Notes under the pieces: model-generated
Database searches by the model: none
The model's input: only the letters and a program-made list of their open reading frames with translations
What the model was told of the DNA's origin: nothing
In this document: positions 18,898 to 28,284 of the stretch, piece by piece
Numbering within the stretch: position 1 is the stretch's first letter
Layout: the number at the start of each line of letters is the position of its first letter
Translations under genes and position numbers: made by a program
Assembly: GCA_034670305.1 (NCBI GenBank)
Contig: JAXMNT010000016.1
Location: forward strand, 1 to 64,000
Length of the DNA: 64,000 bases
Origin: Deltaproteobacteria bacterium
Lineage (GTDB): Bacteria > Myxococcota_A > Polyangia > Polyangiales > Houyiibacteriaceae
Direction of reading: 5' to 3'

Positions 18898-20951
18898 GCG
18901 AACAGAGAAGCAGAAGAAGAAGCCGCAACGTCTTCGTTCGAATGTGGCAATGGCTGAACAGCCTCCGCGGGCGCGTCGTGATCACGATCTTCCTGGTCGC
19001 GATCGTAGAAGCCTCGATCGGGGTGGCGCTCGTCTACGACGCGCACCGGGAGGCCGCGCGCGGCAACTTCCTGGTCAAACACTACAACCGGTTTCAGGAG
19101 TACCGACACGGCCTCGGGGAAGCGATGGCGGCCAACGCCGCGCTCGTGGCGCAAGGGTTCAACCTCGGTCCCGCGTTCCGGGACGGGACCGCCGACGAAG
19201 CCGGTCCAGCGATCAGCAACGCGCTCGCGCAGACCTCGGAGCCGGATCTGGTGCTCCTGGTCGATCGCGGAGGCGAGCCGGTCGAAGCCGAGGGACTCAC
19301 CACACTTCCGCCGGCCGCCATCGCGCAATCCCGGCTGGTCTCGGACGTGCTCGGCGGCATGACCGTCGCGCAGGAGATCGCGGTCATCAACCACCACGCC
19401 TACCAGATCGCCGCGGTCCCCGTCCGCGCACCGAACCGGCCCACGGTCGGCGCCGATGGTGTGTCGGTCGCACCGACCGGGCATGCGCCCATCGTCGGGG
19501 CGGTGATCCTCGGCGTGCGGCTCGAGCGCTACATGTCCGACTACCAGCGCCAGTCGGATCCGAACGAAGCCAAGCAGCACCGACTGACGCTCGTGTCGAA
19601 GACCGGACCGGTGATCGCGAGCGTGTTCGGAGACGAACACCTCGGTGACCTCGGCAGCGCGCTGCAGGAAGATCATTGGGAGTCCGCGCGGGAAGGCGAA
19701 GGCACGGTCGAGGTGATCGCGCTGACGCCCCACATCTACGACTTTCACCGAGACGAAGACGTGCGGGGCTACGACGGCAACGACTACGGCCAGCTCGGCA
19801 GCTTCTTCTTGATGCGGCAGCGCGACTTCAAGGCGGACCTCTACGACCAACGCGTGAACAAATCACTCATCTGGCTCGGTGGGTTCGCGGCGCTGACGCT
19901 GCTCGTCGGGTTCCTGCTGGCGTGGTTCATCACCCGCCGGATCCTGGTGTTCGTCGACGCAACCGCAGACCTGGCGCAGGGGCGCGGCGACCTCACCAAA
20001 CGATTGGAGGTGGGGCGGCGAGACGAACTCGGTTTGTTGGCGGAGAACCTCAATGCGGTCTTTGCGCACATCCACGACCTGGCGACGAAAGTGCAGCAAG
20101 CCGCCTTCCAAGTCGGGGCGTCGAGCGCGCAGATCAGCGCGGCCTCCCGGCAGATGCTGGACGGCGCGCAGGAGCAGGCGGTCAAAACCGAAGGCTCCAC
20201 CGCGGCGGTCACCGAACTCAGCGCCTCCATTCAGCAGGTCGCGGAGAACGCGACGGAGGCGACGCGGGTCGCCCGCAAGAGCGGGGAAGCGGTGTCCATG
20301 GCGATCGAACGCATGCAGGAGATCCGAACCACGGTCGACGAGGCTGCGGCCCGCATCCACGACCTCGGGGAGAGCGGCAAGCGCATCGGGAACATCGTCG
20401 AAGTGATTCGACAGATCAGCGATCAGACCACCTTGCTCGCGCTCAACGCCGCCATCGAAGCTGCCCACGCCGGCGAACACGGCAAGGGGTTCGCTGTCGT
20501 CGCGGACGAAGTCAGTGGGCTGGCCAATCGGGTCGGTCAGAGCGCCCGCGACATCGAAGACTTGATCGCGACGATCAAGGAACAGACGATCGAAGCGGTG
20601 CGGGCCATGGAGGCGGGCACGGGCGAAGTCGAGGAAGGCACCCGACTCGTCACCCACACGCTCGCGGACCTGCAGATGCTGGTCCAAGTGGTCGAGGACA
20701 CAGCGCACGCGGTTCAAGAGCAGGCGGTGGCGTCCGACGAGATCGCGCGCAACATGGACACGGTGCAACGCATCGCCCAGGAGGTCCTTTCGTCCAGCGA
20801 AGAGGCCGTGGACCAGGGCGAACATCTGCACCGATTGGCGCACGGACTCGAAGAGAGTGTGAAGGGCTTCCGCATCGCGGAAGCTCGGGACGCGGACGCA
20901 GAGCCCCGGGTGTCCGAGCCCAAGGCCAAGGCGCTGCCGCGAGGCAAGTGA
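18894..20951 (+). CDS. Methyl-accepting chemotaxis protein (2 TM, HAMP, MA domain)
   Basis: GDLTKRL..GRRDELG (HAMP); ISDQTTLLALNAAIEAAHAGEHGKGFAVVADEV signalling hairpin. Confidence 0.95.
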   Translation: MSEQRSRRRSRNVFVRMWQWLNSLRGRVVITIFLVAIVEASIGVALVYDAHREAARGNFLVKHYNRFQEYRHGLGEAMAANAALVAQGFNLGPAFRDGTADEAGPAISNALAQTSEPDLVLLVDRGGEPVEAEGLTTLPPAAIAQSRLVSDVLGGMTVAQEIAVINHHAYQIAAVPVRAPNRPTVGADGVSVAPTGHAPIVGAVILGVRLERYMSDYQRQSDPNEAKQHRLTLVSKTGPVIASVFGDEHLGDLGSALQEDHWESAREGEGTVEVIALTPHIYDFHRDEDVRGYDGNDYGQLGSFFLMRQRDFKADLYDQRVNKSLIWLGGFAALTLLVGFLLAWFITRRILVFVDATADLAQGRGDLTKRLEVGRRDELGLLAENLNAVFAHIHDLATKVQQAAFQVGASSAQISAASRQMLDGAQEQAVKTEGSTAAVTELSASIQQVAENATEATRVARKSGEAVSMAIERMQEIRTTVDEAAARIHDLGESGKRIGNIVEVIRQISDQTTLLALNAAIEAAHAGEHGKGFAVVADEVSGLANRVGQSARDIEDLIATIKEQTIEAVRAMEAGTGEVEEGTRLVTHTLADLQMLVQVVEDTAHAVQEQAVASDEIARNMDTVQRIAQEVLSSSEEAVDQGEHLHRLAHGLEESVKGFRIAEARDADAEPRVSEPKAKALPRGK

Positions 20952-21039
20952 GACCCGGCGACCAATGCGTGCAGCTGGGGCCCACACCACGACGGGAACG
21001 ACACACCGACGCGCGCACCCGTTCGCGTCGGACCGCCAC

Positions 21040-21075
21040 GCGTCGGATGGCGCGTCGGATGGCGCGTCGGCTGGG
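21040..21075. repeat. Short 12-nt direct repeat (GCGTCGGATGGC, about 3 copies) upstream of cheR
   Basis: gcgtcggatggc-gcgtcggatggc-gcgtcggctggg seen directly. Confidence 0.6.
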
Positions 21076-21083
21076 GCGTGCGG

Positions 21084-22364
21084 ATGAGCATTCCAGAAGC
21101 ACTCTACGAACCGCTTGTTCGGCGGATCGCCGAACACGCCGGGATGCGCATCGGTCCGCGCAACCGCTGGCTGCTCGATGCGCGGGTCGAGGTGGCGCGC
21201 GGTTCCATGGCGACCTCCCGATTCGTCGAGACGATCTTGCAGGGCGACGAGGACGCGCTCGATCGGTTGCTCGAGCTGCTGCGGGTGGGCGAGTCTCGGT
21301 TCTGGCGGCATCCGCGCCAGCTCCGCGCGATCCGCCGGATCGCGTTGCCCCAGCTGGTCGCCCACGCAGAGTCGGAGATGCGGCCGCTGCGCATCTGGAG
21401 CGCCGGGTGTGCGAGCGGCGAGGAGGCCTACACCCTGGTGCTGCTGATCCAACAGGCGTTCCCCGACGTCCGGTTCGAAGTGCTGGCGACCGATCTCTCG
21501 GACGAGGCGCTCGAGCGGGCACGCGCGGGTGTCTACGCCGAAGAGCGGGTGCGTGATGTGCCGCCCGCCATCGCCCGCACCGCCTTCATCGCGCGCGGCG
21601 ATCGATTCGAAGTCCGTCCGGAGGTGCGCCGGTTCGTCCGCTTCGCGAAAGCGAACCTGCTGGGCGACGACTACCCGGAAGCGCAGGACTTGGTCCTGTG
21701 TCGCAACGTGTTGATCTACTTCGACGGACCGACCCGCGCGCAGGTGCTCGAGCGGCTGTTTCACAGCGTGAGCCTCGAGGGCTACGTGGCGCTCGGGTAC
21801 GCGGACCGGGTCGGACAGACCCGCGGCGTCGAGCCCATCCGCACCGAAGAAGGCACGTTGTACAAACGCGTCGAACGCCGCCCGTCCGTGCTGCCCCCGC
21901 CGCCTCGAACGCGATCCTCGGAGACGCCCGCGGCGCGGGAGAGGCGCCCCGAGCCCGTAGAACGAACGAGCCCATCGGCACCGGCGGCGACGCCCATCTC
22001 GAAGCGGCCGCGCACGCCGAAGCCCGCGGCCGTCCCGAGCCGCGGTGGCGAGCGCGCTGCGCGACCTGGTGTCGAGCCGGCGACTTCCGTCCGCTTCTCG
22101 CTGGAGGGAGAGCTCACCGGCGAAGAGGGCCGACGCCGTGCCCACGAAGTCTCCAGCGCGATGTTGAGCGCAGGCACCCACGAACTCGACCTGCGCGGTT
22201 TGCGGTTCGCCGACGAGCCGGTCGCCCAGGAGCTCCGCCGCGTCGCCGCCGCCCTCGCGTCCGAAGGGCGCACACTGACGCTCTACGTGGACGGTCCCGG
22301 CATGGAGCGGTTTCTGCGGCGGCACCGGGTCGTCCCGCCCGCGAAGACCCGGTCGTCGACGTGA
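21084..22364 (+). CDS. cheR: CheR methyltransferase with Pro-rich linker and STAS-like C-terminal domain
   Basis: GESRFWR, IWSAGCASGEEAYT, ATDLS, DLVLCRNVLIYFD; C-terminal LEGEL...LDLRGLRFAD. Confidence 0.9.
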   Translation: MSIPEALYEPLVRRIAEHAGMRIGPRNRWLLDARVEVARGSMATSRFVETILQGDEDALDRLLELLRVGESRFWRHPRQLRAIRRIALPQLVAHAESEMRPLRIWSAGCASGEEAYTLVLLIQQAFPDVRFEVLATDLSDEALERARAGVYAEERVRDVPPAIARTAFIARGDRFEVRPEVRRFVRFAKANLLGDDYPEAQDLVLCRNVLIYFDGPTRAQVLERLFHSVSLEGYVALGYADRVGQTRGVEPIRTEEGTLYKRVERRPSVLPPPPRTRSSETPAARERRPEPVERTSPSAPAATPISKRPRTPKPAAVPSRGGERAARPGVEPATSVRFSLEGELTGEEGRRRAHEVSSAMLSAGTHELDLRGLRFADEPVAQELRRVAAALASEGRTLTLYVDGPGMERFLRRHRVVPPAKTRSST

Positions 22365-24937
22365 GGGAGTGGGAGACATTCCTGGAGGAAGCCTCGACGC
22401 TTCTGACGCTGGACCACGAGGCGGCCTCGGATGCGGCTGCGTCTGCGCTCGCTGCCTTCGCGCTCGATGCGGCCGTGCTCGACATGCCCGAGGTGAGCAA
22501 GCTCTCGATGCGGCTCGTGCACGTGCTCGAGGGGGCCAGCCCGGAAGCACACAACGACGACTTCCACGCCGCGCTCGCCGTCTTGCACGCGACCCTGGCG
22601 CAGCTCCGAGAGAGCGACCCGTCGGGACCACAGTACGACCTGGTGGCCGTTCAGGACGCGGCGGGCGGGCCGCTGGCGGGCATCCCGACGCCGTCGAGCA
22701 TTCGACCCCCTCCCCCACCACCCACGAAGAAGGACGAGACCACCTGGCAGCCGACGGTCGACGACGACATGGTCGACCCCTTCCTCGAGGAGTGCCACGA
22801 CCGGCTCGAGTCTCTGTCCGCCCGACTCATCGAGCTCGAAGCGCGGCCCGGCGACAGCGAAGGCATCCGCGCCATCTTCCGCGACCTGCACACACTCAAG
22901 GGCTCCGCCGGTTTTGTCGGCCTGACCAAGATGGCGCGGCTCGCACACGCGGCGGAAGACCTCGTGGGTCACTTGCGCGACGGCAAACGAACCGCCGACC
23001 GCCCGGTGGTCGATGCGCTGCTCGCCAGCCTCGACGTCTTGCAAGCCATCGTGCAGCGGGCCGCCGATCGAGCCCCCATCGACGTGGACATCGAGCCAGT
23101 GATCGAACGACTTCGCGCCCCCGGCGCACAGCCCGCGCCCACCGCCGATGTCCCCAAGGCGGACCCACGCGAGCCAGCGATCGACATCCCCGTGGCCCGC
23201 GCCTCGCAGACGTTGCGGATCGACTTCTCCAAACTCGACGAGCTCATGAACCTCGTCGGCGAGCTGGTGCTCAGCAAGGGCCGGGTGCGGATCGGTCTCG
23301 ACGACCTGGAGAGTCTCGGTCGGGAGCTCGAGCAACAGCGCCGGGGCGCCGGACGTTCGAGTTCGGGTCGAAGTGCGCGGAGTGGCCCGGTGCAGCTCCA
23401 GGATCTCGCAACCGAACTCAGCCGGGTGCAGCGCGCGTTCGACAGCCTGAGCCAAGACCTCGGCTCGGCCCATCAGCAACTCGAGTTCGTCTCCGGTCAG
23501 CTGCGCGATCAGGTCATGAAGCTGCGCATGGTGCCGGTCGGCAAGGGCTGGACGAAGTACCACCGCACGGTCCGCCAGATCGCGGGGTCGCTTGGCAAAG
23601 AGGTGCAGCTCGAACTCACCGGCGAAGACACCGAGCTCGACAAGGTCCTCGTCGAACAGCTCGACGACCCGCTGCTGCACATCGTGCGCAACGCCGTCGA
23701 CCACGGCGTCGAGCAGCCGGAGGAGCGGGAGGCCGCCGGCAAACCGCGGGTCGGGTCTCTGTCGCTCAGCGCCGCCCACCGAGGCAACCAGATCGTCATC
23801 CGAATCGCGGACGACGGCCGCGGCATCGACGTCGAGAAGGTGCGGGCCAAAGCCGTCGAGCGCGGCCTCTTGTCGGCGGCGGCGGCGGCCGAACTCGAGG
23901 ACCAGCAGGTCTTTGATCTCATCTTCCACGCGGGCTTCTCGACCGCGGAGACCGTGAGCGATCTGTCCGGCCGCGGGGTCGGGATGGACGTGGTGCGTGA
24001 GGCCATCGCTCGACTCAAAGGTACCGTCCATGTCGAGTCGACGCTGGGCCAGGGCACCACGCTCGAACTCCGACTGCCGCTGACCCTCGCGATCGTGCAG
24101 GTGCTCCTCGTCCGAGCGGCCGGCCAGACGTTCGCGATCCCACTCGACCTCGTCCGCCGCACCCTGTCCGCGCCGGCGGACTCGCTCCGCACCCTCGGCC
24201 ACCAGGAGACCCTGCTCGAGAATGGCGAGGAGATCTCGCTGCTCCGGCTGCGCCATGTGCTCGGCTTGCGGGGTGCGACCGGCGACGTGCCGACGGATCT
24301 TCCGGTGGTGCTCGTCGAGCTCGGCGCGACCACGATCGGCATCGGGTGCGACGCGTTCCTCGGCCGACAAGAGATCGTCCTGAAGTCCCTCGGGACGTTG
24401 CTGCAGCGGGTGCCCGGTGCGGCCGGGGCGACGCTCCTTGGAGACCGCCCGGCGCTCATCCTCGACCTGCCGGAGATCGTACGCATGGCGGTGACCAGCC
24501 CGACCGGCCCCCGTGCCCCTTCCCACTTCCCGAGCGCACCCGACGACGACGAACAGAGCGTCCGCGCCCGCATCCTGGTCGTCGAGGACTCGGACGTGAT
24601 CCGCGAGTCGATCCGCCGCACCCTGGTCGGCGCGGGCTTCGAGGTCGTGGTCGCGGAGGATGGCGCGGCCGGGCTCCGAATCGCGGAGGCCGAGACCTTC
24701 GATCTGGTCTCGACCGACGTCGTGATGCCGACGATGGACGGGTACGAACTCACCCGCCGCCTGCGCGCCCTGCCGGCCTACCGAGACGTGCCCATCGTGA
24801 TGGTCACCTCCAAAGACGAGCGGATCGACCGCATCCGCGGATTCGACGCGGGGGTGGATGCGTACCTCACCAAACCCACCGACGCGGCGGAGCTGCGCCG
24901 GGTCATCGAACGCCACCTGCGAGCTGGCCGAACCTGA
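22361..24937 (+). CDS. cheA: Hybrid CheA histidine kinase with C-terminal receiver domain
   Basis: Hpt IFRDLHTLKGSA, LDELMNLVGELV, HIVRNAVDHG, DDGRGID, GFST, GRGVGMDVV, CheW domain, REC (VVEDS, TDVVMP, YLTKP). Confidence 0.95.
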   Translation: MREWETFLEEASTLLTLDHEAASDAAASALAAFALDAAVLDMPEVSKLSMRLVHVLEGASPEAHNDDFHAALAVLHATLAQLRESDPSGPQYDLVAVQDAAGGPLAGIPTPSSIRPPPPPPTKKDETTWQPTVDDDMVDPFLEECHDRLESLSARLIELEARPGDSEGIRAIFRDLHTLKGSAGFVGLTKMARLAHAAEDLVGHLRDGKRTADRPVVDALLASLDVLQAIVQRAADRAPIDVDIEPVIERLRAPGAQPAPTADVPKADPREPAIDIPVARASQTLRIDFSKLDELMNLVGELVLSKGRVRIGLDDLESLGRELEQQRRGAGRSSSGRSARSGPVQLQDLATELSRVQRAFDSLSQDLGSAHQQLEFVSGQLRDQVMKLRMVPVGKGWTKYHRTVRQIAGSLGKEVQLELTGEDTELDKVLVEQLDDPLLHIVRNAVDHGVEQPEEREAAGKPRVGSLSLSAAHRGNQIVIRIADDGRGIDVEKVRAKAVERGLLSAAAAAELEDQQVFDLIFHAGFSTAETVSDLSGRGVGMDVVREAIARLKGTVHVESTLGQGTTLELRLPLTLAIVQVLLVRAAGQTFAIPLDLVRRTLSAPADSLRTLGHQETLLENGEEISLLRLRHVLGLRGATGDVPTDLPVVLVELGATTIGIGCDAFLGRQEIVLKSLGTLLQRVPGAAGATLLGDRPALILDLPEIVRMAVTSPTGPRAPSHFPSAPDDDEQSVRARILVVEDSDVIRESIRRTLVGAGFEVVVAEDGAAGLRIAEAETFDLVSTDVVMPTMDGYELTRRLRALPAYRDVPIVMVTSKDERIDRIRGFDAGVDAYLTKPTDAAELRRVIERHLRAGRT

Positions 24938-24978
24938 CCACGCGCACTCGGCCCCACAGTGTGGCAAGATTGAGTGAT

Positions 24979-26886
24979 ATGCCGCTTCGTCACTGCCTTC
25001 GGATGCTGAGTGTGGGGGTGTTCGCCACGTTGGGGTTGGTGGGGTGTGGCGGAGACGACTCCACTGGGGTCGAGTGTATGTCCCCCTCGGACTGCGACGT
25101 CGGGGAGCGCTGCGTGAATGCGTTCTGCGTGCCTGGAGACGATGTGCCGGACGTCGGTGCCCAAGACACCGGGTGCGCCGACGACGCACCGTGCGACACC
25201 GGCAACGCCTGCGAGGTCGGCCGCACGGACTGCAGCTCCGGGACCCCGGTGTGTGTGAGCGCCGGCGCGGTCGACGCGGACACGGTCTGTCGCCCGGCCA
25301 ACGGCGACTGCGACGTCGCCGAGGTGTGCGATGGCATCGCGACGAGCTGCCCGGCGGACGAACTCGAACCGGTGGGCACGGAGTGCGCGGGCGGGTTCTG
25401 CAACGCCGGCGTGTGTGGGGCGTGTGAAGAAGGGGCGGTCTGTGAGACCGGCAACGCCTGCGAGACCGGACACGTGGTCTGCAACGCGGCCGGCGCGCCG
25501 GAGTGCGTGGGCGACACGCTCTTGGATGCCGGAACCGTTTGCCGTGAAGCGGCCGGCGACTGCGACCTGCCGGAGATCTGCGACGGCACCTCGCCCGCGT
25601 GCCCGACCAATGAACTGATGGCGGACGGCAGTGTGTGTCGCGCCGCGGTCGGTCCGTGCGACAGCGTGGAGGCATGCGATGGCGTCAGCCCTTCGTGCCC
25701 CGCCGACGCGGTCGAAAGCGCCGACACGGAGTGCCGCGCGGCCATGGGCGACTGCGACTTCCCGGAGATGTGCACCGGCTCGGGCGCGACGTGCCCGCCC
25801 GACCGCCGGATGTTGAGCGACACCGTCTGCCGTGCCGCGAGCGGCGCATGCGACGAAGCCGAAGTCTGCGACGGCACCGGCCTCGCCTGCCCCGACGATT
25901 CGTTCCGAGCCGCGGGCCTCGACTGCGGTGGCGGCAACGTTTGCGACGGGGCCGGCAACTGCGCGGACCTCGGATGCGGCGATCCCTGCGACACGGGCAA
26001 CGCGTGCGAAGTCGGGATCATCGACTGCGCCGGCGGGTCGCCGATGTGTGTCCGCGACCGGTTCCGGGACAGCGGCTTCACGTGCCGTGCGGCGGCGGGG
26101 CCCTGCGACGAAGCCGAGACCTGCACCGGGTCGAGTGCCGCCTGTCCGAGCAACGATTTCGTGCGGAGCGGCACGGTGTGCCGAATGGCGACCGACGCCT
26201 GCGACCGCAACGAGACGTGCGATGGCGTCAGCGCCAACTGCCCGAGCGACACCGTTCAGCCAGGCGGCACCACCTGTCGCGCCGCGGTCGGCGACTGTGG
26301 CCGCGCCGAGTTCTGCAACGGATCCTCGAAGGTATGCCCCTCGGACACCCACGCCTCGGGCACCGTGTGTCGCGCGTCGGTGGGTGGATGCGACATCTCC
26401 GAGACCTGCACTGGGTCGACATCCAGTTGCCCCTCGGACCAGATGCGCGGTGCGGGCTTCACGTGTCGCGCCTCGGCCGGGCCCTGCGACGTCGCCGAGA
26501 CGTGTTCGGGCAGCAGCGCGACTTGCCCGAGCGACCAAGTGGTCCGAAGCGGCACCACCTGCCGCGCCTCGGCTGGGACCTGCGACGTGGCCGAGACCTG
26601 CGACGGGTCGTCCGCGGCGTGTCCAACGGATCAGTACCAGCCCGACACCTTCGTGTGCCGACCTGGCGGCAACTGCGACCCCGCCGAGCGATGTACCGGC
26701 AGCTCCTCGAGCTGCCCCGCCAACGTCTACAGCCCCTCTGGCATGGCGTGCTTGGGCGAGGACTCGCCGTGTCTCAACCACGTCTGCAACGGCTCTGGCA
26801 CCTGCAACTCGCTGAGCACGTGCAGCGGGGGCCGCACCTGCTGTCCGAACGGGTGCGAGTTCCTGCCGTGCAGCGACCCGTTCTGA
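24979..26886 (+). CDS. Lipoprotein with about 12 disintegrin-like Cys-rich repeats
   Basis: Lipobox LVGC; repeated CRxxxGxCDxxExCxGxxxxCPxD matching the C-terminal half of ADAM-type disintegrin domains. Confidence 0.85.
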   Translation: MPLRHCLRMLSVGVFATLGLVGCGGDDSTGVECMSPSDCDVGERCVNAFCVPGDDVPDVGAQDTGCADDAPCDTGNACEVGRTDCSSGTPVCVSAGAVDADTVCRPANGDCDVAEVCDGIATSCPADELEPVGTECAGGFCNAGVCGACEEGAVCETGNACETGHVVCNAAGAPECVGDTLLDAGTVCREAAGDCDLPEICDGTSPACPTNELMADGSVCRAAVGPCDSVEACDGVSPSCPADAVESADTECRAAMGDCDFPEMCTGSGATCPPDRRMLSDTVCRAASGACDEAEVCDGTGLACPDDSFRAAGLDCGGGNVCDGAGNCADLGCGDPCDTGNACEVGIIDCAGGSPMCVRDRFRDSGFTCRAAAGPCDEAETCTGSSAACPSNDFVRSGTVCRMATDACDRNETCDGVSANCPSDTVQPGGTTCRAAVGDCGRAEFCNGSSKVCPSDTHASGTVCRASVGGCDISETCTGSTSSCPSDQMRGAGFTCRASAGPCDVAETCSGSSATCPSDQVVRSGTTCRASAGTCDVAETCDGSSAACPTDQYQPDTFVCRPGGNCDPAERCTGSSSSCPANVYSPSGMACLGEDSPCLNHVCNGSGTCNSLSTCSGGRTCCPNGCEFLPCSDPF

Positions 26887-26927
26887 GGCAGCGAAGCCGA
26901 GCGAACCGAGCAAGCCGTGTCACGGAC

Positions 26928-26951
26928 GGGGTTTGGGGGCCGTGCCCCCAA
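26928..26951. repeat. REP-like GC-rich palindrome
   Basis: TTGGGGGC-CGT-GCCCCCAA hairpin preceded by GGGGT in an intergenic gap; single copy in the window. Confidence 0.4.
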
Positions 26952-27032
26952 GAATATGCCCCGCCCGAACCGCGACGCGGGTGAAAGGCGCCACAGATTC
27001 GGACCCTCGGGTTGTGCGCTAGCCTTCCGGCC

Positions 27033-28148
27033 ATGGGCACACGGTGGATCATCGGCGCGATCGTGGTGGGGCTGCTTGGCTGCGCGGCGGAGTCTGGACG
27101 GAGTCCCGCGCGCGACGGTGGAGGCGGCGCGGATGGTGGTGGCGACGGCACGGACGCAGGCGAAGGTGTCGACACCGGCACTTCCTCTCGGGATGCGATG
27201 TTCGCCGACATCCCGACGCCCCCGCCGCCGGACGCGGGCTGCGAGATCACCGAACCGATCGAGACGACCATCATCGGCGATCCGCCGGACATGATGCTGG
27301 TTGTCGACATCTCGGGATCGATGTGCACGCCGCTCGGTCTCTCCCCGATGGGACGCAGCAAACTTTCGATCATGAAAGAAGCGCTCATCACCCAGGTCGA
27401 TGACAAAGAGGGGCGGATCAACTTCGGTCTGATGCTCTTCCCGCACTCGAGTGGAGAGTGCGCCGCCGGACGAGTGGAGACCCCGATCGCCCCCCGCAAC
27501 GCAGACCCGATCCGCGCCCGGCTCTCCAGCCTCGAGGACGACCTCTTCTCCTGCGCGTTTTCGAACTCCGGCGCCACCCCGACCGGGCCCTCGATCGATG
27601 CCACCCGCGACTACTACGGCACCATCCCCGTGAACATGGTCGGCCGTTACGCGCTGCTCGCCACCGATGGCCTCCCCAACTGCGGGCCACCAACGGAAGA
27701 CGGCACCGAAGAGACCGTGGACGAGACCGTCGCCGCGATCGAAGCGCTGCGGCTGGCCGGCGTGAACACCTACGTCGTCGGGTTCGGCAGCGGCTTCGGC
27801 AGCGACCCCGACGCGCTGAGCCGGATGGCCGTCGCCGGCGGAACCGGCACACCGTACAACGCGGACTCAGCGGCGTCGCTGGACGCCGCGCTCGATGCGA
27901 TCGCCGCGGAGATCGTCCCCGCGAGCTGCGTGGTGGAGCTCGGCGGCCCGGTGCGGGACCCGCGGCTCTTCCAGGTGCGCTTCGACGGCGGCCCCCTCAT
28001 CCCGCGGGACGAGAGCCACGCACGCGGCTGGGACTACGATCCGGCGACCAACACCATCACGTTCTACGGCACCGAGTGCACCGCGATCGAATCCGGCAGC
28101 ATCGCGAGCGTCGATGTCGACTTCGGCTGCCCGGGCCCGCTCATCTGA
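27033..28148 (+). CDS. VWA-domain lipoprotein (CglB-like family)
   Basis: Lipobox LLGC; MIDAS DISGSM, GATPT, LATDGLPNC, TYVVGF; C-terminal GWDYD...ITFYG..C typical of myxobacterial VWA proteins. Confidence 0.85.
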   Translation: MGTRWIIGAIVVGLLGCAAESGRSPARDGGGGADGGGDGTDAGEGVDTGTSSRDAMFADIPTPPPPDAGCEITEPIETTIIGDPPDMMLVVDISGSMCTPLGLSPMGRSKLSIMKEALITQVDDKEGRINFGLMLFPHSSGECAAGRVETPIAPRNADPIRARLSSLEDDLFSCAFSNSGATPTGPSIDATRDYYGTIPVNMVGRYALLATDGLPNCGPPTEDGTEETVDETVAAIEALRLAGVNTYVVGFGSGFGSDPDALSRMAVAGGTGTPYNADSAASLDAALDAIAAEIVPASCVVELGGPVRDPRLFQVRFDGGPLIPRDESHARGWDYDPATNTITFYGTECTAIESGSIASVDVDFGCPGPLI

Positions 28149-28284
28149 ACGTTCGGCGCAGCCCCGTTCGGGACGCCGAACGATCGACTTGTGGGTCAGT
28201 CGTAGACCCGTTCGAGCAGCCACGCGATCGACTCGTTGGTGCGGAGTTCGTTCGAGGCCACGAAGCCGAACGCGACGGTTGGTG

